A DNA stretch of 64,000 nucleotides, taken from the NCBI GenBank assembly GCA_004431415.1, contig QPMI01000184.1, forward strand, positions 124,001-188,000. Direction: 5' to 3'. The stretch comes from Cyanophora paradoxa CCMP329. Its lineage: Eukaryota > Plantae > Glaucophyta. Shown here piece after piece: positions 37,981 to 49,072 of the stretch (its first letter is position 1; each line of letters starts with the position of its first letter). The position numbers were made by a program, and so were the translations under genes. The notes beneath the pieces are model-generated. The model was not told the origin of the DNA, made no database searches, and worked only from the letters and a program-made list of their open reading frames with translations.

Positions 37981-38082
37981 TTTCGACGGGCGTGTCGCGT
38001 GCTTGGGCGACTGTACCCCTAACTTCGTTCGCAACGCGCGGAGCGGACTCGGTGCGCGGACTCGGTGTATTAGTCACAAACC

Positions 38083-38846
38083 ATGATGGCCTTCACCGGC
38101 CCAGCATCGGCCGGCTTGGCCAAGTGCGCGCCCGTAAACATCAGCCGCCCGGCGTGCGCAGCTGCCCGCATTTGCGCGCTGAGCCGCCCGGCGTGCGCGG
38201 ACGGGCGCCCGAGCGAACCCGACGCCGACGCTCGTCCCGGGGCCGAACGCGCCTTTAGCTACGCCCCGGCGCGCGTGCTCGTCGCGTCGCTGGCCGCCTC
38301 GGCGTTCGCGCCCGGCTCCGCTGCCCACGCCACGGCCGCGGCCGCCGTGAGCCAGCAGGAGGCACTGGAAGCCGACTCGCCGCTCGTACGCGAGCTCCTC
38401 GAGCGTTCCAAGGCGAACAAGGTCCGTGGTACCATCTGAAGGTCGAGCCGCCTGACGGACGCGTGCGCGCTCCCTGCGCAGGAGCGGTACGAGCGCGAGC
38501 TGCGGGACAAATGGTACGAAAGAGGCTACACGGACTATATGAAGGTGCGAGACACATCGTTAGATGTCTCTGGAACCCCAGCGCCCCGCCCCAAGGCATA
38601 GACCGCGCGCGCCGGCCGCGGGCCCTGCAGCGCTAGCTGGGCCGGCGCGCCGGGCCGGGGCGGCTGCTACTGATTATGATCGATGCCATCTTCCTGACCG
38701 CCCCCGGCCCCCGGCGGGCCCCGGGGCGCCGGCAGTTTGCGGACACTTCGGATCCCGTGATGGAGGCACAGTTCGCCGGGGCTGTCGCGCTACCCCTCGT
38801 AATCATCTTGCTCATCGCTTACTTCTCCAAGAAAGACCGCCAGTAG
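38083..38846 (+). CDS. Thylakoid PsaN-like (At1g49975-like) protein with a C-terminal TM helix
   Basis: MMAF transit peptide, hydrophobic lumen signal ending AAHA, then SPLVRELLERSKANK|ERYERELRDKWYERGYTDYMK|FADTSDPVMEAQFAGAVALPLVIILLIAYFSKKDRQ* (last exon 38736-38846). Confidence 0.65.
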
Positions 38847-39044
38847 GGTGGGGTCCGTGGCTGAGATTCAAACATTAAATTCGTAGCTGCCTGCTTTGTC
38901 GCTGCCCGATATCGATCATCGGATGGCCCCGTAGCGTCTGTTGGCACAGGGGCTGGCATGCATATTTCGGCATGCACGCCCTGAGCGAGGCCTTAGGCTA
39001 AACAGGGGGGGGGGGGGGGGGGGGGGGGAGGTGGGGGGGCCGAC

Positions 39045-40232
39045 TCAAGGTCGGCTCACCGCGGCGCGTTCTGCTGTTCGTCGGCCGCGCCCGTCCGTCG
39101 GATCCGAGGCCCCCGCCCCCTCCGAGGCTCGGAGGAGGGAGTCCGAGAGCTGGCGCCATCCGTCACCGCCGCTGCGAGCGCGGGCCGGTGTCGCGCATGG
39201 TCCGTGCGCGCCGTCGGCGGGGGGACGGGGGCAGCGGGCGGACCGTGTATCGGGCGGCAAGGGCCTGCACGAGCCTCCGGTACTCCTGTACCGCCTCCTG
39301 CGTGAGCCAGCCCTCGCCATCCGCGCTGTACGCCTCCAGCCGGCGCAGCAGCGAGCTACCCTCGGGCACGCGCCAGCCCTTCGCGCCCGGCGATCTCAGC
39401 CGCAGAGCAGCGGCGTGGGCGGGGACGCTCACTGTCGCGGAAGCCGCTTTCAAGGCTATGAGCTCGGCCGAAATGCACACGTGCACCCCGCAGTCGTAGC
39501 TGCGGGTGGGCGCAGCGTCCGTCGGCATCGGCGTAGATATGACATCTAAACGCACCCGTTCCCCTGCTGGCGCGTTGGGGCTTCCCGCATCTCGAGCCGA
39601 CGGCCTGCGTTGCCGTGAGGCGAGCAAGAGAGACTACGCCCCGACCGCGCCGCATCGAACCGAGCAAGCGGCCAATCGCGGCCACGGCCATGGCTGCCGG
39701 CGCGCAGTTGTGCGGTTTCATGCTATCAAAATGCAGCGCGAGTCCTCGCCCGGGCTCGACGACAAGCAGCGACCAGTGCGAGCTGCCAGCAACAAGTCAA
39801 ATCTATAGCTACGACGCTAGCTGCAGCGCGCGCTCACCCTCCGACGTGGTCTGGGTGGGCGTTGTCGTTCACAGGCATGAAAACCAGCTCCCGCTCAGGG
39901 ATGCGCAGCGGCGCCAGCAGCTCTCGCAGCTCGCTCGGGTCATCGACAAAGTTCATGAGCATGGAGGTGCTTGGCAGCACGAAGAGCAGCTGGTCCTGTC
40001 CGCCGAAGACGTTCTGCGCGAAGTGCCTGATGCACCAATCTATGAGACCAATGAGAAGACGAACTGCAGCGGGGTTATATGGCGCCTAGATCTAGAATTC
40101 GAATGCGTACTCGAGGACGAAAGCGATGACCGCGTCGTTCCACCAGGCGCTCCCGCCGATTAGCCGAGCATCGCTGGCGTGAAGCGCCGCGTCGCCGACG
40201 GACGCGACGACGGGGTCGCCTCTCGAGGTCAT
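39045..40232 (-). CDS. SENP8: NEDD8-specific protease (SENP8/NEDP1/DEN1; Ulp1 peptidase C48), spliced
   Basis: VASVGDAALHASDARLIGGSAWWNDAVIAF, VFMPVNDN, GSHWSLLV (His), HFDS (Asp), QQGNGYDCGVHV (Gln/Cys). 3' end approximate. Confidence 0.8.
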
Positions 40233-40264
40233 CGCGTTGCGCCGTACCCCGCACAAGAAAAAAG

Positions 40265-40807
40265 ATGCCCGGCCGACGGCTCGCGTTCCAGGCGTCTCTG
40301 GCGCCGGCACCGTCGCTGGTAGTTGCACCTTCCAGCGTTCAGAGGCCGGCGCTGTGCGTGCGAGCCTCTGTGCCGGAGCGCGCGACCCGGGCCCCGGACG
40401 CACAGCAGCGGCAAGCTTCCACATCCGATGCGGATGGGAAGGTGAGCGCATAGCTATCCACTTCCACCGCGTCGGCGTAGGCCGGTCTCCTGATGCCGCA
40501 CGCCGAAAGATCGGCCGGCGGGAGGCGCTTCGCTTCGTCAGCGCGGCGGCGGTGGCTTCGCTTGTAGCTTCCACTTCAGCGCCTGAAAAGGCGCGCGCGG
40601 ACCAGTGGGACCTGCCCGACATCGACCTCGAGGAGGGCGTGCGTCCTGACCGCGAGCCCCGCGCGCCCGCCTGACTGCGCGGCTGTCCTGCAGAAGAAGA
40701 AGCCTCCCGCAGCCGTCTGGGAGTACTTGGTGTTCTTCGGCACTCCCGCCACCCTGGTCTACTACGTCTGGGAGAAGCAAATCAGGCGCTTCTTCGGTAT
40801 CCGGTAG
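40265..40807 (+). CDS. Small thylakoid single-TM protein with transit peptide and twin-arginine lumen signal (2 introns)
   Basis: MPGRRLAFQASLAPAPS..CVRAS..ADGK|IGRREALRFVSAAAVASLVASTSAPEKARA-DQWDLPDIDLEEG|KKKPPAAVWEYLVFFGTPATLVYYVWEKQIRRFFGIR*; both introns are phase-0 GT-AG. Confidence 0.65.
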
Positions 40808-42341
40808 CTCCGTGCTGCACCTCGCTTCCCTTTCCTCCCTCCCTCCCTTCGATCATTTAGCCCCTCTCTGTATCTTTTCTTCTGGAGTGCACATTCCGTG
40901 AAAGGTCGCCTGCCGGGGACTCCTCGAAGAGCATGCAGCATTTCGCAATCAGGACCGGGGGTATTCTGCTGGATTTGTGCGTTCTTGCTATGGATATCGC
41001 ACTTGGTTAATGTGCTATATAAGCGCCGTGGGAGCACTGAAGGAGCACCCAGGCACCGCGGCAAGCGGACAGAATAGTGAGTACTCGAAACCTCCTGCGC
41101 TATTCTATGAGAAATGTGCTAAACTAAACTTCAAGCTATGCGGACTCAAAAATGGAGAGGCTCGCCTCAGGGCGCCACCGTCCATCTACAGGAAGCAAGA
41201 AGGGCTTCAGAGGAAGCCGCCATAGTCTGCAAAGAAACAAAGATTGGCCGAGAAGAGGAGGGAGCACAGCAACCGCAACTATTTGAAAGCCACGTGGTAC
41301 GACGGGGCAGCCGCGGAAAGAAAGCTACTGGACGAGATAGGGGGACGGCCATCGTCTGTCGCTTCTACTGCTGCACGGAGCGCGTCGTCGTTGAGATCGA
41401 TCTTCTTGCACTTTTGTTTCCCTATTGCCCGCAGGCTGCGAGTCTGCCGGGCCGCGCTGATCGACTGGCTCTCTCGTGGGGTGGGCGGTGACACAATCAG
41501 CTCCACCTGCGGTTGGGAGCGCGACCGCAGCAAGTGGCAGTCTGATGGATCCGAAAGTGACGGCCCCGGCAGAGGTAGCAGATGAGCGCACTGCCCGGCG
41601 AGAGGTCAACGGCGGCGAAACATGGAGAGGTCGCAAGCTCTCGAACAGCAGCGCGTTAAGCCTCCTAGGCGGTCCTAGACAGCAGCAACTACTTGCAACA
41701 GCTCTAGGCGAGGCGAAAAGCGCCAAACCTAGCAGAGCGCACGTCTCGGGTCTTGTACGCGACTGGCGACGTGGGAGTCCAGGTCAATGCCGACGGGAGC
41801 TGGGGATCAGACATCATCCTTCAGCCCATGCGTCCCGTCACGACCGAAGCTGCCAAAGCTGCCCAAAGCACGCCGGGGGCCGGGGTTGCCGGGGTGCAGT
41901 TCCCCCTCGAGTTCACTGGGCGGTTCTTTCTTGCCGGCTGATTGGTCTCGCTAGCGTTTATTAAGCTAGATACAAGCTGAAGCCACGTCAAGCTGCTGAA
42001 CCGGCGGTTTGCGTTGGGGAGGAAGGGATCGCTCTGGGGGGGGTATCGTTCGTTGGCAGAATCCCAGCAGGGAGGCGCTAGGGTCGTCACAGGAGACGCG
42101 CCAGGCTCGCTCCAGCGGCGGATCTGATTGTGGAATCAACTTGTCTGTCACATTCGTCTGCGTGCGTTGGCACCGCCCGATAGCGCAATCCGTCGGCCTG
42201 GGAGGTCGGGCGAGGCACGGGCGCGCCGAAGCCTCTTTAGAGGGAGTTTAGAGCCTTTATGGCCTTTCGGTGGCCGTCTGACAGCGCAGACTTCCTGGCC
42301 CTCTCCACTCAGCCCTGATCTCGCCCCGCGCCTGCAGGAAG

Positions 42342-44165
42342 ATGAACGGGCACATAAAGACCATGAAAGTCTTGCCCAACCCGGCATTGAAGAATGTGAA
42401 ATACGAGATTCGTGGGCCGCTCAACCGCCGTGCAGATGAGCTCGCTCAGTGCGCCCGTCACCGCCCCTTCGCGCCGAGCGCCGCGGCGTGGCCGTTGATG
42501 CTGTTGTTTCTTTCTGTTGTGCAGGCAGGGCGCACAGATCATCAAGCTGAACATCGGCAACCCCGGCGCATTCGGTTTCCGCACCCCAGAGCTCCTGCGC
42601 CAGGCGGTTGTCGACCACCTGGAGGACAGCGAGGGATACGTGCACCAGAAGGGTGTTCTTTCTGCACGCAAGGCGATTGTGGACACGTTCACCGAGCGAG
42701 GCATTCCCGGCGTGACCCCAGACCATGTTTTCATCGGCAATGGTGCGCCGCCCCTTGTCGAGAGAGCCTCCCGGCCGCCCACCGACCTTTTCGCGCAGGT
42801 GTCTCAGAGCTGATTATGATGGCTATGCGCGCGCTCATCTGCCGCTTTGACGAGGTCATGGTTCCCAGCCCGGACTACCCGCTCTGGACCGCGTCGGTCG
42901 TGATGCACGACGGCACGCCTGTGCACTACCCGTGCAAGGTGGAGAATGGGTGCGAGCACTCTACGCGCATGTCGGCCGGCTGCGGCGCAGGCTGAGCGCC
43001 CGCTTGCAGCTTCCTTCCCAAGGTGGAGGATCTGGAGGCGCTGGTGACGCCGCGCACGCGCGCAATTGTCGTGATCAGCCCGAACAACCCGACGGGCGTT
43101 GTCTATCCCGAGGAGACGCTCAAGATGATTGCCGACTTCGCGGGTGACTCCGCGCGCTGCGGCCCTGCCGCGCGGGCGCCCAGCTGACGGCCGCGCCCCC
43201 GCAGAGAGGCACAACCTGGTGTTGTTCAGCGATGAGATCTATGACCACATGCTCTACGACGGCGCCCAGGTGCGCGCGGGGAGCGCGCCGCCGCCGCTCT
43301 CGCCCTGGCACTGGCGCGGTTCCGAATTCGAGCGGCCGGCGCGCAGCACATCTCGATCGGGCGCTTTGTGAAGAAGACGCTGTGCGCGACCTTCGGCGGG
43401 CTGTCGAAGGTGTACCGCGCGTGCGGCTTCCGCGTCGGCTGGCTCGTCTTCAGCGGCAACGTGGCGGCCGGCGCCGACTACTTCATGGCGCTGGACCTGC
43501 TCGCCGGCCTGCGGCTCTGCAGCAACGCGCCCGGCCAGTGGGCCGTCGAGACCGCCCTCCGCGGCCACCAGACCATCCACGAGCTCACCAACCCCGGCGG
43601 CCGCCTGTACCAGACCCGGAAAGCGATCATCGAAGGCGTCAAGAAGAGCAAGTACCTCCGGCTCGCGCAGGTGACCGCAGCGCCGCGCCGCGCCGGCGTC
43701 GAGCCGAGCCGCGGGGCGCTGAGCCTGGCGCAGATCCCGGACGGGGCGATGTACGTCTTCATCGGCGTGAACAAGGAGCTGCTGCCCGACTTCGACGACC
43801 AGAAGTTCGGCATGGACCTCCTCGAGCAGAAGCACGTCCTCATCGCCCCCGGTGCGCCGAAGCGCGGCGCCCCAGCCGCCGGCCGCCGGCGCGGGCGAGG
43901 CCCTGACCCTCGCGGCGGGGGCAGGGACGTCGTTTAACGTGAAGTACAACGACCACTTCCGCCTCACGCTGCTCCCCAACGAGGAGACCGTCGCCGACGT
44001 CTTCCACCGGATAGGCGTGCCCGCGCCCGTCCCCGTCCTTCCGCCCCTCTCACACTGCCTGCCCTCTCAGAGGACGTGCTGGACGGGTACGCGAAGGAGT
44101 ACGAGAAGAGGCGGGCAGAGATGCTCGACAGCCCCTCGAGGCGGATGTCGCCCCTCTCCGCATGA
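42342..44165 (+). CDS. alaA: PLP-dependent alanine (glutamate-pyruvate) aminotransferase, bacterial AlaA type, 8 introns
   Basis: LKNVKYEIRGP, IIKLNIGNPGAFGF, IGNGVSELI, PSPDYPLWTA, ISPNNPTG, SDEIYD, and the PLP-lysine motif GGLSKVYRACGFRVGW, then LRLCSNAPGQW, PGGRL, GTSFN. Confidence 0.85.
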
Positions 44166-44948
44166 GTTGGCGGCCTGCCAGGCACCTCCTCCCTTTCTTC
44201 TCTTCCCCCTTTCTTCTTCGTCCCCCTCCGCCCCCTCGCACGCACGTCTCCGGCCGCGGATTCCAGAGCTAGTAGATGGCACTCCGCGCCTCGAGGTTTT
44301 CCCCTTCGCCAGCAGAACAGGATAAGGGCCCATTTTGTCGCGCGGGCTGTGCTCCGCTCTCTCTCAAGTAAGTATCGTGCACATACCGTAGCTGCAGCCG
44401 CTCGGCTGTTTTGAGTGCGAGAGACCCGCGAGGTAGTCTTCTTCTGTTTCAATCTGCAGAAGAGTCCGTCTCCGAAGGAAGCTGCCGTCATTCACGGACA
44501 GAGGAAAGGGAGAATCGTCGTGCGCACGTGCCCCGAAAATGCATCATGGCATGGATTCGGGTTCGAAAATCAGACTGTTCGATTTCATGACAAAGGAAAT
44601 ATTATGCATCATTTGATTTGCTGTCTGTCACGACGTCTACAGTGGCTATGAGACACGAGACGCAACTGCAAAAATTGAAATATAGTACACGATGCGAAAT
44701 GCAAGAGCTGTGTTAACTTAACTAGAGCGGATCGGAGAGTGAGTGAGGCGATTGGAGGCAAGAAATTCGAAGCAAGACCGCATTCGCCGAGTCTAATCAA
44801 ACACGGCCAAGGATCATCGGGTCGAGCCAATGGACGGCCGGGGTGAAGGCGACGCTAGATCAATGCCTGATTTGGTGAAGAAGATTGAGATGAAATGTGA
44901 AAGTAATTAGGTAGTGAGCTCCCGAACTTCGGCATGCCAGAGGCCGCC

Positions 44949-45622
44949 TTAGTTCTTCTTGAGGGTGAAGTTGGTGATCTTCACGAGGCCGCCGATCATG
45001 CCCTCGAACGCCTTGAAGTGCGCGTCCCAGCCGGAAACTTGGTCCTCGCCGACGTACATCTGCGGCCACGCGGGTCGGCTATCAAGAACGTGCACAGACG
45101 CCGGAACGGCCGTCCGGGCGGGACTGACCTTGGGCTCGACAGCCCAGGTGTTCATGAGACCGTTCTCGCGGTCGAAGGTGATGCCCGTGCGCGGCTTCCG
45201 CTCGCGGCCCTTCATGAAGCTGTCGAAGTCCTTCATCTGAAGCACCATACACGTTAGCCGCCGGAACGACGCCGACCTAATTATGACGACCCGCGGGGCG
45301 CGCGCAGTGCGCGCGGGCCCGCAGGTGCTTCATTTGCGCTATTTAAACATTCTTAAGCGCGTGGGAAGGCACTGTAAGGGTGCGCGCGCCGAATGCCGTC
45401 CGCACGTGCGGATCCCGCTAGACTCGCAACCGCGGCCTGGGCAGCGCTAACCTCCTCGGGGATGGCCCACGACGCCTTGTTCGACTCGGAAGTAGACGCC
45501 TCCTCCTTGGTGCTCGGCTCGGCCTCGGCGCGCACGCAGAACTTCGCCGGCGCGGCACGGGCCGACTGCACGCTGAAGCGCGAGGTGCTGGGGCGGACGG
45601 GGGTGGAGACGACGAAGGCCAT
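44949..45622 (-). CDS. Plastid-targeted Psb34/HliA-HliB N-terminal-motif protein, paralog 2 (2 introns)
   Basis: MAFVVSTPVRPSTSRFSV transit peptide; ..WAIPEE|MKDFDSFMKGRERKPRTGITFDRENGLMNTWAVEPK|MYVGEDQVSGWDAHFKAFEGMIGGLVKITNFTLKKN*. Confidence 0.75.
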
Positions 45623-46022
45623 TTCGACTGCTGTGCTGGCGCGTGCTTTCGTTTTGCAAAAGTTCTAATGAAGTGACGAGTTCTGATGCGCGAGTCGGTT
45701 TTGGGGCGGGTCAAATTTGCAACAAGCACTCTATCCCCCCCCGCGCGCACGAATCGAAAAGCTGCCTGGGGGTACAGGCAGGTTTGTTAGGGTACAGGCG
45801 TCTGCCAACCTCGCGCCGCCAGCTCTGTCGTGCTTGTTCTCGCCTCCGTCGGTTGCCATCTTCGAGCAACGGCGCTGACGCCGACCGGTTGTGCGTGCCC
45901 CTCGCACGGTGACCCGTCGCCGCCGCCGCCGTACGTGCAGGCCCCAGATCTACGTGCAGGCCCCCAGAACGCGCAGGCCCCTGCGCCAGAGCTGTCTACA
46001 GCGTGCACCGACGCACTCAAGC

Positions 46023-46757
46023 ATGAGTGGCTCGGCGCCGACCTGTGCCGTCCTCGGCGCCGGCCCTACGGTCTCTGACGCGGCCGAGCCGCTGAACGAC
46101 CTCGTACTCGAGTCTTCTCCATCTCTTGCCCCGCTGGAGGAGTTCAGATCCCCGCGCGGCGAGGAGGGGCGTCAATTCGTTCCAGGGCGGGCGGCCGTCA
46201 AGATTCCCCGTGCGGGAGCCAGCTCCGCTAGCTCGCGCATGAGCGCCAGCTCGAGCCGCCGCAACTTCCTCGTCGATCTGCTCACAGCATCGTCGGCTTT
46301 CCTGTCGCTGAGGAACCCCGAAGTCTCCCAGATGCGGCGCGTCCTCCCGCCCACCCTCGCCCCAGATCTCGACATTCTCGACCACATCGACTGGCATGCG
46401 CTGCTTCCGAGTCGCGGCATCGACGCGGAGCAGATCTCGAAGCTGCCGCGCTTCGTGGTCGCGGCGGCGGCGGTGGCGGCGGCGGCGGCGGCCCCCTGCA
46501 GCGTCTGCCTGGAGGAGCTGGCGGAGGGGGAGAGGGCCCTGCGCCTCCCGTGCTCGCATCACTTCCACGAGCAGTGCATTGCGAAGTGGTGCCCCCGCCC
46601 CCCCCCCCCCCCCCCCCCCCCCCGGCACCCTGATCGATATTGCTGCGGTGGTTTGGCCTCCTGACCGCCCCGCCCCCGGCCCGCGGCCGGCCCCGCGCGC
46701 AGGCTCGGGACCGACGCCCGCTGCCCGAACTGCCGGCAGAGCTGCTCCAGCCTCTGA
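46023..46757 (+). CDS. RING-H2 E3 ubiquitin ligase
   Basis: CSVCLEELAEGERALRLPCSHHFHEQCIAKW|LGTDARCPNCRQ gives a C3H2C3 finger after one GT-AG intron. Confidence 0.85.
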
Positions 46758-47242
46758 GCCCGACCGCACGCCATCTTTCTCTGTAAGATACTCGATGTCA
46801 CTTCTCTCGGCTGCACCACACATAATGCTTTGAACTTCTAGATTGTAAATTAGCTTCTATCTGCCCGGCACTTCCAGGCAGCACCCTTGTCGGACCGTTT
46901 CCACTTCTGCTCCACGCTGCACGCGTACGTGTGCACGTGGAGCCTGTACATGTACTACACGTTGTAATTGTACTTTACCCTGTTGTTCAATATAGTTAGG
47001 CAGCCACTGTACCATATTACAGCTACTAGGGCTTCGAAAATCTGTTGTATTCGTAGGACTGGACTGCTCACTAGCTATCGCTGCAGGGCTCGCTCGGCCC
47101 TTGCAGTTCTCGCGGAAGCGGCCCCTGTCGGGCCCTGTACATGTATGTGCACAATACAGCAGCAGCAGCGTTGACCAGAACCGGAGGCCTAGGGCCTAGC
47201 CTAGGGTGCCTCGGCCGATAAGGTGGCTTACTGTGCGTGTGG

Positions 47243-48760
47243 CTAGCTCGCGGTGCAGGAGGCGAGGGCGGGGCCGGCGTGCTGGCCGGCGGCCGGCTCG
47301 CGCAGGAAGACGTCGTAGAGGACGCCGAAGTGGTCGGAGGGCCACACGGGGCGCCGCCCCACCCGCTCGTCCTCCTCCTCCCCCACCTGCTCTGCTCATC
47401 ACGCACAGGTCTGCATCTGGAGGAGGCGGGGCGGGGCCGGGGCCGGGGCGCGCGCGCCTGCTCGGTGCCGACGATGGTCGCCTCGACCCGCTCGATGTCC
47501 GGGCCGCGCCAGTACCTGCGCCCGCTTCCCCTGCTCGGGCCGCGCACGGCCAGGGCGAAAGGAGGTGGCGGGCAGGCTAGGGCCGCTCGAGCGCACATGC
47601 GGTCCAGCCGGTTCTGGTACTTCCCGAAGTTCATCTTGTTCGCCTGCGCCCAGCCGGCCGGCGTCTTTCGAGCCCCGAGCGCGAGGGCCGAGCTGGGGCG
47701 GGGCGGGGCGGGGCGGGGGCGGGGCGGACGAGGCAGTCGTAGGTGTAGCCGGGCCCCTGGCGGGCCTCGTCCCAGGCGTCGTTGAGGCCCTCCAGCGCCG
47801 GGTGCCGCTCCTCCGCGCTCAGGATGTTCGTGTCTGGGGCGACTCAGCGCGGGAGAAGGCGGGCGGGGCGGGCCTAGTTGAAGGCCCAGGGCCCTCCCTC
47901 CGCCCACACACCTCCCCAGAAGATCGCGTTGCGCTGCCGCCGCATGGCCGCCCGGACCTGCCCCGAATCAGATCCAGGGGGCGGGCGGGCGAGGGGGGGG
48001 CGTGGTGGCGGGCCTCCACGATCTGGGCCTCGCGCGTGCGCGCGCTGTTGAGGGACTCCAGGTGGGCCGTGAAGACGGACACCGCCGTGGGCCCCACGCG
48101 CACCTGCCAACAGGCGTCGGCCGAGGAGGCGGAGCGCATCGGAGGGGCGCGCTCGCCTCGGCGCCGAGGAGCTCGCGGCCCATGCGCGTCTCCGTGAAGG
48201 CCTGCATCTCCGGCTGGCGCGTGAAGGGCAGCCTCGAGAAGAGCACCACGCCGTACGAGTTCCGCAGCGTCCGCCCTGGCGCGCGCCCCGCTCAGCGCGC
48301 GCCCGGTCGAGAGCCGCACTCCGTTTCTGGCCGCGGTCGTCCTAGAGCAAGAGCCCTATAGCTAGCGCTATTTCGTTGGCACATGCACAGCGCGGCGCAC
48401 CGGTCCCTGGGTCTGATCTGTACGGATACTCCCGCATAACAGGATGCATCTGCGCGGCCGGCCCCTCCCTAAATCGTATCTAGATCAGATGAAGCGCATG
48501 CGCACCGCGAGCTGGGGAAGGTTTTGCTCCGTGCACTGAGCAGCAGCTTAGCAGCGCCGCAAAGCCTCATAACGTACGCACACCTCTTGGAGCCCGATGA
48601 TGTCGGGTGCATGCGTCGCGATGATGTCTCCAATCGCTTTCATACGAGCGCCCTCCGCGAAAGGATCGAACCAAACGTTGTAGCCGAGCGCGCGCAGCCG
48701 CATTTGTTCAACTGCTGGCAGTCTGCTGGCAGACTGCTGCGCGACCGGGGGTACACTCAT
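47243..48760 (-). CDS. Endonuclease/exonuclease/phosphatase (EEP) protein, TDP2-like, spliced
   Basis: YNVWFD..RMKAIGDII...PDIIGLQE, TRMGRELL, TAHLES, GDTN, DAW, RLDR, PSDHFGV. Confidence 0.8.
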
Positions 48761-49072
48761 TACGAAGCAAGCCTGCCGGGGACTTCGCAGGAATGGACTC
48801 GTTCGAAAACCTGCCTCTGGGCGAGTTCGTCCACGGCGATATCCCGACGCCCCAGGCGCCGCCGCCGCCGCCAGTTAAAAAGTGCCCGGAAGCCAAGTGT
48901 GTGGTCTGCGAGAAGTACCTTGGCGCTCTCCAGGTGCATTCTTTGTAGTTTTCGCATTCTCCGCGCGGCCTTGCTGGGATAACCGCCGCGCCTTCTTCAC
49001 CTGGTGTGGCCCGACCTCTTGTACCGGAGGCCACTCCTTGTAAAGCGACCTGCATAGCTAGATTGTCGGCAC

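Noticed and set aside
33578-44165. Bacterial contamination suggested by treZ and alaA
   Set aside because: Both genes contain host-style spliceosomal introns and are interleaved with eukaryotic genes.
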